From Planctomycetota bacterium (GTDB lineage Bacteria > Planctomycetota > PLA2 > JAEUHO01): a DNA stretch of 64,000 nt. The stretch is taken from NCBI GenBank assembly GCA_050248855.1, contig JBFWRP010000013.1, forward strand, positions 32,001 through 96,000, read 5' to 3'. The notes under the pieces were generated by a model, which saw only the letters and a program-made list of their open reading frames with translations, ran no database searches and was not told the DNA's origin. Each line of letters begins with the position of its first letter. The stretch's first letter is position 1. A program made the translations under genes and the position numbers. This document shows, piece after piece, positions 40,276 through 49,974 of this stretch.

Positions 40276-41040
40276 ATGAACGCTGCCTGGTTTCCCGCTG
40301 ATGCCCAAGTGATCGAAGTCGCCAAGCTGATCGCCGAGAAGGGCATGAGCCTCGCCGAGGCCATGGCCAAGGTGGGCGTGCAGTGGAGCGAGAAGACCTT
40401 CGAGGCCAACGTGCGCCGAGTCGCCGCCCGCAAGGGCTTGAGCTCGGGCATGCGCGGCATGCTCTCGCGCGCCCTGCAGCGCGGCATCGGCCAGTCGCTG
40501 ATGACCAGCGCCGCCGCGGCGGGCGGCATCGGCGCATGGATCGCCGCTCACCCGTTGCTCGCCTTGGCCTTGTTGGCCGCCGCGGGGTTCGCCACGGCTG
40601 GCATCGCGCAGGCCGCAGGCACGTGGGCCGCCGACGGCCCTTCGGCCATCGCGGGGACGGGTTCCGGCCGCACACCCCATCAGGGCGAGGCACCGATCGA
40701 GGGCGGCGGCTGGCTGCCTGTGGCCGTCGTCGCCAACGGAAGCGACCGCATCGTCTCGGTGCGTAGCGTGGATGCGATCCGTCAGGGCATCCACATGGCC
40801 AACTTCCGCCACGGCGGCGTCGCCCGCAAGCCCGCCCAGCTGCGCATTCTCGCGGGCTCGCTCGATCGGCCGTTCCGCGATGCCGGAAGTGCCACGGAGG
40901 CCCTGGCCAACCTGCTCACGGGGCCGCTGCGCAAGCCGCCGCTCGCCGAGGGCCGCGTCGCCAACCTGGGCGGCAAGAGCGTCACCGTCGACGACTGGGG
41001 TCGTGTGGACTGGGTGGTCCTCCGCGATCGCGTCCGCTGA
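40276..41040 (+). CDS. Hypothetical membrane protein
   Basis: AAGGAG RBS; GC3-rich codons; central Ala/Gly-rich hydrophobic region. Confidence 0.7.
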   Translation: MNAAWFPADAQVIEVAKLIAEKGMSLAEAMAKVGVQWSEKTFEANVRRVAARKGLSSGMRGMLSRALQRGIGQSLMTSAAAAGGIGAWIAAHPLLALALLAAAGFATAGIAQAAGTWAADGPSAIAGTGSGRTPHQGEAPIEGGGWLPVAVVANGSDRIVSVRSVDAIRQGIHMANFRHGGVARKPAQLRILAGSLDRPFRDAGSATEALANLLTGPLRKPPLAEGRVANLGGKSVTVDDWGRVDWVVLRDRVR

Positions 41041-41066
41041 ACGATCCGATCGTCGACGTCAAGCAG

Positions 41067-41098
41067 CAGGGGCGAGACGTCGTGACGTCTCGCCCCTG
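41067..41098. terminator. Hairpin between convergent genes
   Basis: CAGGGGCGAGACGT-CGTG-ACGTCTCGCCCCTG, a perfect 14-bp stem. Confidence 0.65.
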
Positions 41099-41104
41099 GC
41101 TCGT

Positions 41105-43660
41105 TCAGAGTCGCGGGTCGACCGGCTCGGACTCGAGCGCCAAGACGCCGAACACGCACTCGTGGACGCGATACAGCGGCTCACGCTCGACGAAGCGATG
41201 CAGCGCCTCCAGTCCCAGCGCGTACTCACGGAGCGCGAGCGAGCGCTTGCGATGCAGCGACCGCGCGCGCAGGCGCTCCAGGTTCTCGGGGGCGGTGTAC
41301 TCGGGACCGTAGATGATCCGCAGGTACTCGCGTCCGCGGCACTTGACGGCGGGCTGAACGAGCCCGCGCCGCCCGCGCGTCAGCGGCTCGAGCGCCTTCA
41401 CGACCATCCCCTCGCCGCCGGCGGCCGTCCGCTCCTCCCACCACGCCGTGGCGGCCTCCTCCTGCGTCGGGTCCGTGAGGTCCACCTCACGCCACGCCGT
41501 GGCCAAGAGCCAGCTCGGATCCGTGGCGGCGACCTTGGCCAGGGCTTCCATGTGCCAACGATGGTCGCGAACGGCGTGCACGGCGCCTTCACCCGCCAGG
41601 ATCTGGAAGGGCGCCACGCGAAGGTCATCGAGTCCATCGACGGGCCAGCAGTAGCGCCGATAGGCCTCGACGTAGTCCTGCAGCATCTCGAGGCGTGCCG
41701 CCGTTCGCTGCTGCAGCTCGGCGCACTCCGGGACACGCGCTGCAGCCAGCTCGAGCAGCTCCACGGCGCGCGTCAGCCCTCGCGTGCCTGCTGTACCCAC
41801 GGCTGCGTACTGCGTCTCCAGCAAGGCTCGAGCCTTGGCCGACCACGGCAAGAGCTCCGCATCGAGGCATAGCCACGACGTGTCCAAGTCCTCCCAGAGA
41901 CCTGCGCCTTCGACGGCTCGGGCGACGCGCGCGACGACAGCCGCCTCGAGGTCGGCGTCGGTGAAGAACGGACGGCCGGTGCGCGTATACACGACGCCTT
42001 GCTTGCCGTCCGCAACACCGAATCGCGCGGCCGCGGTCTCCGGATCGCGTGCCAGCACGAACACGCTGCGCGAGCCCATGTGCTTCTCTTCACAGACGAC
42101 ATGGGGTACGCCCGCCTCCCGGTAGTAGGCGAACGCCTCTCGCGGGTGCTCCAGCGACGGCCCCTCGCGGCACGTCTCGGACGGTGACATCGTCGGAGGC
42201 AGGTAGACAAGCCATCGCGGGTCGACCGCGAACCGGCTCATCACCTCGAGCGCCCCGGCGGCATTCTCCCCGCGGAGCGTGACCGTTCCCCGGATCCGCG
42301 TCGACACGATGCGCTTCCCGATGACGTCCTGGAGGTCGAGCAGGTCGTCGTAGGCGCGCCGAGCTGCCGCAGGCGGCGCCTCCTCGGTTCCGCCGAGCGG
42401 CTTGGGCGACTCGTACCACGTCTTGTGCGCGGGCACGTCGACGAGCTCGCGCTCCGGGTAGCGAAGTGCCGTCAAGCGCCCCCCGAACACGCAGCCCGTG
42501 TCGATGCACAGGGTCCCGTTGACCCACTGCGCCTCGTAGACGGGCGTGTGGCCGTAGATGACCGCCGCCCGCCCGCGGTACTCCGAGGCCCAGTCAAAGC
42601 GCACGGGCAAGCCGAAGTCGTCGGTCTCTCCCGTGGTCTCCCCGTACAGGGCGAAGTCGCGCACGCGCGCGGAGGCCCGCCCCTGGTAGGCCTCCTTCAT
42701 CCCGGCGTGCGCCACCACCAGCTGCCCCCCGTCCAAGAGGACGTGGCTGACCAGGCCCCGGATGAACTCCTCGACCTCGGCTCCGAACCCCTCGGGCTCC
42801 CGGGCCAGCTGCTCCAGCGTCTCGCCCAACCCATGCGTGATGCGCACGTCCTTGCCCGCCAGCTTGCGCTGCAGCTTGACGTCGTGGTTGCCGGGCACCC
42901 AGATGGCACCGCTCTCGCGCACGGCGGCCATCGCGAGCCGCAGCACGTCGGGCGACCGCGGCCCGCGATCCACCAAGTCGCCTACGAACACCAGGGTCCG
43001 GCCCTCGGGGTGATGGACGCGAGGTGACGTGCCCGCCTCGGCAACGACGTAGCCAAGCTTGTCCAGCAGCTCCAGCAGCTCGTCGTAGCAGCCGTGCACG
43101 TCGCCCACGATGTCGAAGGGCCCCGTGCGATCCCGATGATCGGTCCACAGCTTGGTGCGCTCGATGGTCGCCGCCTCGATGGCCTCCACGCCGTCCAGGA
43201 CGTGGATGCTGCGGAATCCCTCGCGACGCAGCCCGCGCACGTGTCGTCGCAGCTGGGCCAGCTGCTGGCGGACGACGTGTGGACCGAACGAACGGTCCTC
43301 GCGGGCTTCGTTGCGCTCACGGCACACCTGCGCAGGCACGTTCAACACGATGGCCGCGGGCAGGCAGTCGTGTTCCCGCGCCAGCTGCACGAGGGGTTTG
43401 CGCGAATCGGGCTGCACGTTGGTGGCGTCGACCACGGTCAATCGCCCAAGCGCAAGGCGGGCTCCCACAATGTGGTTGAGCAGGCGAAAGGCCTGCGGCG
43501 TAACCGCTTGGTTGTTGGCATCGTCGGAGACGAGCCCCCGGCAGGCGTCGGACGAGACGACCTCCGTCGGGAGGAAGTGCTTGGCCGCAAACGTGGACTT
43601 GCCACTGCCACTCGGGCCGATGAGAACGACCAGGGAGAGCTCGGGGATGGTGAGCTTCAT
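41105..43660 (-). CDS. pnkp: Polynucleotide kinase-phosphatase-ligase (bacterial Pnkp)
   Basis: GPSGSGKST kinase; GDVHG, GDLVDRG and GNHD phosphatase; EEKHMGSR, EGMVVK and VKCRGREYLR ligase motifs; ends EPVDPRL. Confidence 0.97.
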   Translation of the reverse strand: MKLTIPELSLVVLIGPSGSGKSTFAAKHFLPTEVVSSDACRGLVSDDANNQAVTPQAFRLLNHIVGARLALGRLTVVDATNVQPDSRKPLVQLAREHDCLPAAIVLNVPAQVCRERNEAREDRSFGPHVVRQQLAQLRRHVRGLRREGFRSIHVLDGVEAIEAATIERTKLWTDHRDRTGPFDIVGDVHGCYDELLELLDKLGYVVAEAGTSPRVHHPEGRTLVFVGDLVDRGPRSPDVLRLAMAAVRESGAIWVPGNHDVKLQRKLAGKDVRITHGLGETLEQLAREPEGFGAEVEEFIRGLVSHVLLDGGQLVVAHAGMKEAYQGRASARVRDFALYGETTGETDDFGLPVRFDWASEYRGRAAVIYGHTPVYEAQWVNGTLCIDTGCVFGGRLTALRYPERELVDVPAHKTWYESPKPLGGTEEAPPAAARRAYDDLLDLQDVIGKRIVSTRIRGTVTLRGENAAGALEVMSRFAVDPRWLVYLPPTMSPSETCREGPSLEHPREAFAYYREAGVPHVVCEEKHMGSRSVFVLARDPETAAARFGVADGKQGVVYTRTGRPFFTDADLEAAVVARVARAVEGAGLWEDLDTSWLCLDAELLPWSAKARALLETQYAAVGTAGTRGLTRAVELLELAAARVPECAELQQRTAARLEMLQDYVEAYRRYCWPVDGLDDLRVAPFQILAGEGAVHAVRDHRWHMEALAKVAATDPSWLLATAWREVDLTDPTQEEAATAWWEERTAAGGEGMVVKALEPLTRGRRGLVQPAVKCRGREYLRIIYGPEYTAPENLERLRARSLHRKRSLALREYALGLEALHRFVEREPLYRVHECVFGVLALESEPVDPRL

Positions 43661-45051
43661 CGGACGAACACCGCCATCTGGGTCGGCGTCCCCAGCTCGG
43701 GATGGGACGGGCCCACAGGCAGGAAGCGAGCGGCGTAGCCATGCTGCACCGCTACGCGGCTTGCCCACGCCTCGAGCTCGGCCCGGCTCCACTCGAACCG
43801 GTGGTCGGCGTGGCGAAACGACCCCGTTGGCAAGGTCTCGAAGAGCGCGTTGTACTCGCTGTTGGGCGTGGTCACGATCACGGCGGCAGGCCGCGCAAAC
43901 TCGAAGACGACCCGCTCGAGCGCCTGCAACCGCGGCAGGTCCAGGTGCTCGATGACCTCCACGAGGCAAGCCGCATCGAACCCGGCCAAGCGCGCATCTC
44001 GGTAGGTCAGCGAGCCGTGCAGGAGCTGCAGACGCTCTCGCTTGCGGGGCGGCATCTGGTCGACGCGCAGTCGCTTCTCGGCCAGCTCCAGGGAACGAGG
44101 CGAGACATCCATGCCGACGACCTGCTCGAACTGCTTGTCGTCCATCAGCGTCCTGAGCAGCTTGCCCTCGCCGCAGCCGAGGTCGAGCACCCGACGGGCG
44201 CCTACCTCCTTGAGCACGGCCAAGACGGCACCGCGACGTAGGTCGTCGAGACGAATGCGCTCCTCGAGCACGTCCTCGCTTCGCGCGCCGGCCTCCGTCC
44301 GCACGTCCGGGTCGACGCCGTCCTCCTCCACCAGCTGGGCCATGGCCTGGCGTGCCAGACGCGGCTGCCGGTACAGGTAGCGTCGCGCGATCAGCTCGCG
44401 CTCGGGATGTCCCTGCAGCCAGCCTTCGCCCTTCTCGAGCAGCTTGGCGAGCTCGGCCTCGTCGACCCAGTAGTGCTTGTCGTGGTCAAGCACGGGCACG
44501 AGGACGTAGAGGTGCGTGAGAAGGTCCCGCAGCCGTTGCGTTCCACGGAGCTCCACGCGGTAGTAGGGGCTCTCGCCCCAGGCGGGGAACGCCTCGTCCA
44601 ACGGATGGCGCGTGACATGCACCTCATAGCCCAGCGGCTCGAAGAGCCGGCGTACGAGCGCCTCGCCGCCGCGCGCCGGCAGGGGCTCGACCACGACCTC
44701 CAGGGCAATCGCCTGGTCCGCGAGCTCGGGGCGACCCTTGCAGCGCCCCCCCATCGCCGAGCCCAGCACCTGGGCAATGGCCACGCCCAGGAACGACGAG
44801 GCCACGTAGGGACGGTCGTTGACGTACTGGCCGAGCGTGGCCGCACCCGGTGCCTTGCGACCTCGCACCAGACCCACGGGGTCCAGGTCCAGGAGGAGGG
44901 CGGCCGTACAGCGCTGCTCGCTGCACTCGGGGTAGAAGACGTGCGCCTTGCCGAAGGCCAGGTCGAAGGTCTGGCACCGATCGGGGTGCTTGACCAGCAG
45001 GTAGCCCAGATCGCTGGCCGGCTGGTGCGTGGTCGAGATCGTGAGAAGCAC
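43657..45051 (-). CDS. hen1: 3'-terminal RNA ribose 2'-O-methyltransferase Hen1
   Basis: LLTISTT..PASDLGYLL.KHP, YVNDRPY, DLGCGEG, EVIEHL and RHADHRFEW motifs; ATGA overlap with pnkp. Confidence 0.97.
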   Translation of the reverse strand: MLLTISTTHQPASDLGYLLVKHPDRCQTFDLAFGKAHVFYPECSEQRCTAALLLDLDPVGLVRGRKAPGAATLGQYVNDRPYVASSFLGVAIAQVLGSAMGGRCKGRPELADQAIALEVVVEPLPARGGEALVRRLFEPLGYEVHVTRHPLDEAFPAWGESPYYRVELRGTQRLRDLLTHLYVLVPVLDHDKHYWVDEAELAKLLEKGEGWLQGHPERELIARRYLYRQPRLARQAMAQLVEEDGVDPDVRTEAGARSEDVLEERIRLDDLRRGAVLAVLKEVGARRVLDLGCGEGKLLRTLMDDKQFEQVVGMDVSPRSLELAEKRLRVDQMPPRKRERLQLLHGSLTYRDARLAGFDAACLVEVIEHLDLPRLQALERVVFEFARPAAVIVTTPNSEYNALFETLPTGSFRHADHRFEWSRAELEAWASRVAVQHGYAARFLPVGPSHPELGTPTQMAVFVR

Positions 45052-45324
45052 GTTCGCTCTCCGAGGTCTCCGTCGGGGGAGCGCCCGTCCGTGGTGTCGA
45101 ACCCGGAAGGGTACGGGGTAGGACGACGCACGCGCAAGAGGGTGCGCTCGATGGCCGGGCGACGGGATCTCGCAGGGCAACGCCCGAGGCATGGCAGCCT
45201 GCGTGCGATCGCCCTCGCCGACAGCCACGATGCTTCTCGCGGACCGTGTCGCACGCGACGACGGTGATCGGGCGGATCTGCGTGCGTGCGTCGGGGTACG
45301 CTTGCGCGGAGGAAGCTCGCGGCC

Positions 45325-45756
45325 ATGAGCGACGACGCGCCGGCCCGCCCCTACGACTGGCGATGCCCCGCCTGCCAGCTGCCGTTCGAGTACGGCTGGG
45401 TGCAAGCGACCGGCGGCGACGGCACCGGCGGCGGCCTGTTCTGGTCGTGGTCCGACGCCCGCGAAGGACTGTTCGGCTGGCAGCTGCCCCGCCACGAGCT
45501 CGTGCTCGGACCCGCGGGCCGCGCCGACGGCATCTGCCTGGCAGCGCGCTGCTCGGGCTGTGAAGGCGTGTTCCTGCGACCCGACATCACGCCCCATGAG
45601 CTGGACGGACTCGCACCTGACGCGGTCCCCTGCCTGGCATGCGGCGCGGAGATCCCCGAGGGGCGCGACACATGCCCGGCGTGCGGATGGACGTACGAGG
45701 CCGCTGCACCGGTCTCCGACACCGGTCCGGCGGACGTGTCGGACACCTCCGACTGA
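45325..45756 (+). CDS. Double zinc-ribbon small protein
   Basis: CPAC...RCSGC and CLACG..IP.....CPACGW motifs. Confidence 0.75.
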   Translation: MSDDAPARPYDWRCPACQLPFEYGWVQATGGDGTGGGLFWSWSDAREGLFGWQLPRHELVLGPAGRADGICLAARCSGCEGVFLRPDITPHELDGLAPDAVPCLACGAEIPEGRDTCPACGWTYEAAAPVSDTGPADVSDTSD

Positions 45757-45792
45757 TCAGCGAGCTCACCGCACGCGAGCTCGGCGACGGAT

Positions 45793-48700
45793 CTACTTCC
45801 ACCAGGTCGCGCGGCCCCAGGCCACGTACACCTCACCGCCGTTGGCGAAGAGGTGGCCGAAGCCCTTGGCGCGGTTGGCGCCGGTCACGAGGTCCGGGAA
45901 GCCATCGTCGTTGAGGTCGCCGACGGCGAGCGCCGTGCCGTAGCGCACGACCACGGCCTTGCCGTAGAAGCGCGTGGGGGCCTGGCCCGTCGGATGGGTA
46001 GCGCCGTCCGTCCGCACCTCGAACTCGAGCGTGCCCACCAGCGGCAGCCACGCGCCACCGCGGACGATCGTCACCTCGCCCACGTTGGCGCCGATGCTGT
46101 CGAGCGGGCCGCGCGCCTGGTAGTCGCCGATCGCCAGGTCGGCGTTGCCGTCCAGGTCGAGATCCGCGACCACGAAGGCGTCCCCGAACGAGTGACCATC
46201 GGCTTCGCCGTGCAAGCGGAGCAAGGCCGTTGGCGGCACCTGGCCGAGGTGGAACGCGTGCCATGTGGCACCGCCAGGCAACAGCGTGGCGCGCTGGCCG
46301 CCGAAGAGCACGGCCACCTCACCGCGGTTGCTTCCCACGTTGCCCCGGCCGTCGGCCAGGAGCGCACCGCCACAGAGGTCGTCGTAGCCGTCCCCGTCGT
46401 AGTCGCCGGCACCCAGGCCCCAGGCGAAGAAGTCGCTCGTGTCCTCGCCGTGCACGACGAAGCCGGGAAGGGGCGAGCTCGGGCCGCCGCGGACCTCGCG
46501 GTAGAGGCCCCCACCGCCGGGCAGCAGCGTGGCCCGCGGGGCGCCGAACCACACGATCACCTCGCCGGCCGACGAGCTCGAGTTCGTCAGGCCGTCGCCA
46601 CCCGTCGAGCCGCACGCCATGTCGTCGTAGCCGTCGCCGTCGATGTCGAGCGCCGCGGCGCTCCAGCCCAAGCTGTCGCTGGCGTCCTGGCCCATCAGGC
46701 CGAGGTGCGCAAGCGCCGTGGTGCCCGGGCCCACCTGGTCCGCGGCGAAGCCGCCGACCAAGCCCAGGGTGGCCTTGGGTGCGCCGAAGATCACGTAGAC
46801 GGCGCCCACGTTGGACCCGCCCGTCACGTCGGCAAAGCGCGCGCCGACAAGCACGTCGAGGATGCCATCGGCATCGACGTCGCCCATGGCCATGCCTTCG
46901 CCGAAGCGATCGCCGCTGGCGGCCCCGTAGACGCGCAGGATGTCGAAGCCAGCCACCGCCGTCTTCCCCAGCTGCAGCGTGGGCGATGGGAAGCTCGCTT
47001 GGCCGAAGATGACGAACATCTCACCGCGGTTGGACTCGTTCTCCAGCGGCCCGTCCGCGCTGTGCACGCCCACGAGGATGTCCGCGTAGCCATCGTCGTC
47101 GAAGTCGCCCACTTGCAGGGCGCTCTCGATGCCGGGCTGGTCGGCGTGGGTCTCGAAGCTGATCGTGAGATCGGCCGCACCGGACGCCGTGGACAAGTCG
47201 CGAAGCAGCGGCAGGTCCGAGGGCCCCTGGCCCGTGGCACCGAAGAGCACGTAGACCTGACCCACTTGCTGGCCCGACCCGGGCACGACCTCGGCCGCGT
47301 ACGCGCTGGCGACCACGTCGGTGATGCCGTCGCCGTTCACGTCACCGGTGGCCACGGCGTAGCCGAACTGGCTGCCGTCGTCGGCTGCGCCGATCACGAG
47401 GTCGTAGGTCGTGGTGAACACGCCGAAGCGCGTGCCGTCGTCGACCAGCGACTGGCCCAGCAGATCCTGAACCGTCGTGAGCACCTCGACGTGGATCCGT
47501 TGCTGGAAGCCCAGCGGGGCGTCCGGCACGAAGCGCGCCGTGAGGCCGTCGGGCAAGAGCTGGATCGTGCCGGTCACGGGCTTGTTCTCGGCATCGGTCA
47601 CGACGACGGCGCCCGCCAGGGTGCTCTCGTCGACCAGCTTGCTGAAAGTCACCTCGACGACGGCATCGACATCCACCTGCGCGGCGCCCGACGCCGGCGA
47701 CAGGGCGACGACGCGCGGAGCCGCGATGGCCGCGCCCAGCGCCTGGGTGCCCAGCACGAAGCGCGCATCGCTCGTGGCCGGCGGTCGGGCGGTGCTGGTG
47801 GCGCCGCCGTAGATCACGACGCCACCGCCTGGCAGGGCCTCGACGGCCGCGCCGGTCGCCGCGATCGGCAGGGCGTAGGTCGAGAGCACCGACTCCGTCG
47901 AGGGATCGAACACGTCGATGGTCGCGGCCACGCCACCGCCATCCAGCTCGCCGCCCACGAGCGCGATGGCGCCGTTGGCAAGCACCACGGCCTGCGCGCG
48001 GGCCCGGGCCACCGACAGGCTGGCGGGAAGCAGCGTGAAGGTGTCGGTAAGGGGGTCGTACTTCTCGATCGAGGCCAACGCGTTGCCGCTGCCGTCGCGA
48101 CCGCCGAACACGAACACGTTGCCGGTGGGCGCCAGGGCAGCCGCGGCCTGCTCGCGTGGTGTGTCGAGGGTGCCGGCGAGCGGATCGACCTCGCCGTCGT
48201 CCTCGGGCAGGATCACCGCGGCGGAACCGAGCACGGTGCCCGCGTCGTCCACGCCGCCGGCCACGAGGACGGTGCCGCCGGGCAGCGGCACCACGATCGC
48301 GCGCGTCCGCGCCTCCGGGAGCGCATCGGCCAGCGTCACCATCGCGAGCGCCGTGGGGTCCAGCGCCTCCACGGTGGCGGTCAGCGCAGGGCCCGTCTCG
48401 GTGGCGCTGCCACCGACCACGACGATCGTGCCCTCGGTCGTGGTCACGACGCTGGCATCGCCGCGCGCAGCGGCGAGCAGCGGACCCGGCACGAAGAGGT
48501 CCGTGGTGGGATCGTAGATCTCGCTGCTGTCGGTGGCCGAGAGGCCCGCGCCATCCTGGAAGCCACCCAGCACGATCACGCGGCCATCGGGCAGGCGCGC
48601 CGCGCCGGCCTTCCAGCGCGCGACGGTCATCGAGCCGGCGGTCGGCGTCCACGCGAAGCCCGTCGACGTGCCGATCTCGGCGTCCGCGCGCGGCACGCCG

Positions 48701-49239
48701 TCGCTGCCGAGTCCGCCGGCGACGAGGAAGCGTCCATCGGCCAGGGCCACGTGCGCCGGCGCAAAGCGGCCCGGGTCCCCACCGGGCAGCGGCACCTCGT
48801 CCACGGCCGGAGCGATCGAGAGCGTCCACGGCCCGCGGTGGCCGGCGTCGAGCAGCTCGCCGTCGGTGAGGCGCGCGATGTCGCCGAGGCTCCACGACAC
48901 GTCGGCTTCGGGAGCGAGCACGCCGCCAGGCACGATGGCGAGCGCGGTGCCCGAGCCATCGAGCGAGGTGGCGAACGGCGCCGGCAGCCCGTCGACCAGC
49001 AGGGTCACCGTGGCCGGGCCGATCGTGAGCGGGTCCACCGGCCCGGCGAACGTGGCCCGCAGCACGAGCGTCGCCGGGTGCACGTCGCCGGCGCCATCGG
49101 CGGGCAGGATCTGCACCACCTCCAGCGGGTCCGGCGTTGGCTCGGACGGCGTGCCCGAGCCACCACCCCCGCCGCACGCGGCGGCCAGCAGCGAAAGGCC
49201 TGAAATCAGGGTCAGGAGGGTCAGGCGGGGGCGGTACAC
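45793..49239 (-). CDS. Large surface lipoprotein: Ig-like, Kelch propeller, Ig-like, FG-GAP propeller
   Basis: AAAC lipobox; P.DGA..V Ig-like domains; L.DGR.LV.GG/YDP Kelch repeats; FG..A.GD.NGDG..D...GA repeats. Confidence 0.88.
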   Translation of the reverse strand: MYRPRLTLLTLISGLSLLAAACGGGGGSGTPSEPTPDPLEVVQILPADGAGDVHPATLVLRATFAGPVDPLTIGPATVTLLVDGLPAPFATSLDGSGTALAIVPGGVLAPEADVSWSLGDIARLTDGELLDAGHRGPWTLSIAPAVDEVPLPGGDPGRFAPAHVALADGRFLVAGGLGSDGVPRADAEIGTSTGFAWTPTAGSMTVARWKAGAARLPDGRVIVLGGFQDGAGLSATDSSEIYDPTTDLFVPGPLLAAARGDASVVTTTEGTIVVVGGSATETGPALTATVEALDPTALAMVTLADALPEARTRAIVVPLPGGTVLVAGGVDDAGTVLGSAAVILPEDDGEVDPLAGTLDTPREQAAAALAPTGNVFVFGGRDGSGNALASIEKYDPLTDTFTLLPASLSVARARAQAVVLANGAIALVGGELDGGGVAATIDVFDPSTESVLSTYALPIAATGAAVEALPGGGVVIYGGATSTARPPATSDARFVLGTQALGAAIAAPRVVALSPASGAAQVDVDAVVEVTFSKLVDESTLAGAVVVTDAENKPVTGTIQLLPDGLTARFVPDAPLGFQQRIHVEVLTTVQDLLGQSLVDDGTRFGVFTTTYDLVIGAADDGSQFGYAVATGDVNGDGITDVVASAYAAEVVPGSGQQVGQVYVLFGATGQGPSDLPLLRDLSTASGAADLTISFETHADQPGIESALQVGDFDDDGYADILVGVHSADGPLENESNRGEMFVIFGQASFPSPTLQLGKTAVAGFDILRVYGAASGDRFGEGMAMGDVDADGILDVLVGARFADVTGGSNVGAVYVIFGAPKATLGLVGGFAADQVGPGTTALAHLGLMGQDASDSLGWSAAALDIDGDGYDDMACGSTGGDGLTNSSSSAGEVIVWFGAPRATLLPGGGGLYREVRGGPSSPLPGFVVHGEDTSDFFAWGLGAGDYDGDGYDDLCGGALLADGRGNVGSNRGEVAVLFGGQRATLLPGGATWHAFHLGQVPPTALLRLHGEADGHSFGDAFVVADLDLDGNADLAIGDYQARGPLDSIGANVGEVTIVRGGAWLPLVGTLEFEVRTDGATHPTGQAPTRFYGKAVVVRYGTALAVGDLNDDGFPDLVTGANRAKGFGHLFANGGEVYVAWGRATWWK

Positions 49240-49341
49240 GGCGGCTCCTCCGATGGGGAGGGCTGCTTATAATGACATCGACTCGCAAAATCAAGATCAG
49301 GCACGATCCGGCGCTGAGACGGGCCGCCTAGACTCCCCCCC

Positions 49342-49974
49342 ATGAGTGAGTCGCTGCCGTTCTGGGAGCGGGGCTACGCAGATCCGACGGCCGAGGTGTT
49401 CGGGAGCGCCCCGAGCGAGGACGTCGTGGCATGCGCGTCCTTCCTCCCGCGTGGCGCCCGGGTCTTGGACGCTGGTTGCGGCGAGGGGCGCAATGCGCTG
49501 TGGCTCGCGAGCCAGGGGCACTGCGTGGACGCCGTGGACATCTCGACGCGCGGGATCGCCAAGCTGCTGAGCCGCGCCGGTCAGGCCGGCCTCGAGGTCC
49601 GTGCCTGGGTGGGCGACCTCTCCAACCTGGATCTTGACGGCGAGTACGACCTGATCGTCTGCCACGGCGTCTTGCACCTGCTCCACAAGGAACCCGCGGT
49701 TCACGCGGTCCGACGATTTCAGGCGCACACGCGCCAAGGAGGTGCCAACGTCATCTGCGTGTTCACGAATCGCGTACCGTGTCCGCCGGATCTCGTCGCC
49801 ATCACACCAGCGTTGTGGGGCGAGGGCGAGCTGCCCGAGCTCTACGCGGGCTGGCGAATGACCGCCCATCGGGCGTACGTGTTCGAGGACGATCATCCCG
49901 GCGGCGTCCACCACACGCATGCCGCGGAGCGAGTGACGGCGTGGAAGCAAGGAACTGGGTCTTGCGCTCCTTAG
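49342..49974 (+). CDS. Class I SAM-dependent methyltransferase (TehB-like)
   Basis: VLDAGCGEGRNALWLA..G..V.AVD and YDLIVC.GVLH motifs. Confidence 0.88.
   Translation: MSESLPFWERGYADPTAEVFGSAPSEDVVACASFLPRGARVLDAGCGEGRNALWLASQGHCVDAVDISTRGIAKLLSRAGQAGLEVRAWVGDLSNLDLDGEYDLIVCHGVLHLLHKEPAVHAVRRFQAHTRQGGANVICVFTNRVPCPPDLVAITPALWGEGELPELYAGWRMTAHRAYVFEDDHPGGVHHTHAAERVTAWKQGTGSCAP

Noticed and set aside
45853..49203. 1116-aa plus-strand ORF and similar long antisense ORFs (e.g. 10445-12814, 35071-37353)
   Set aside because: Shadow frames of real opposite-strand genes, expected at this GC content; no recognisable motifs.
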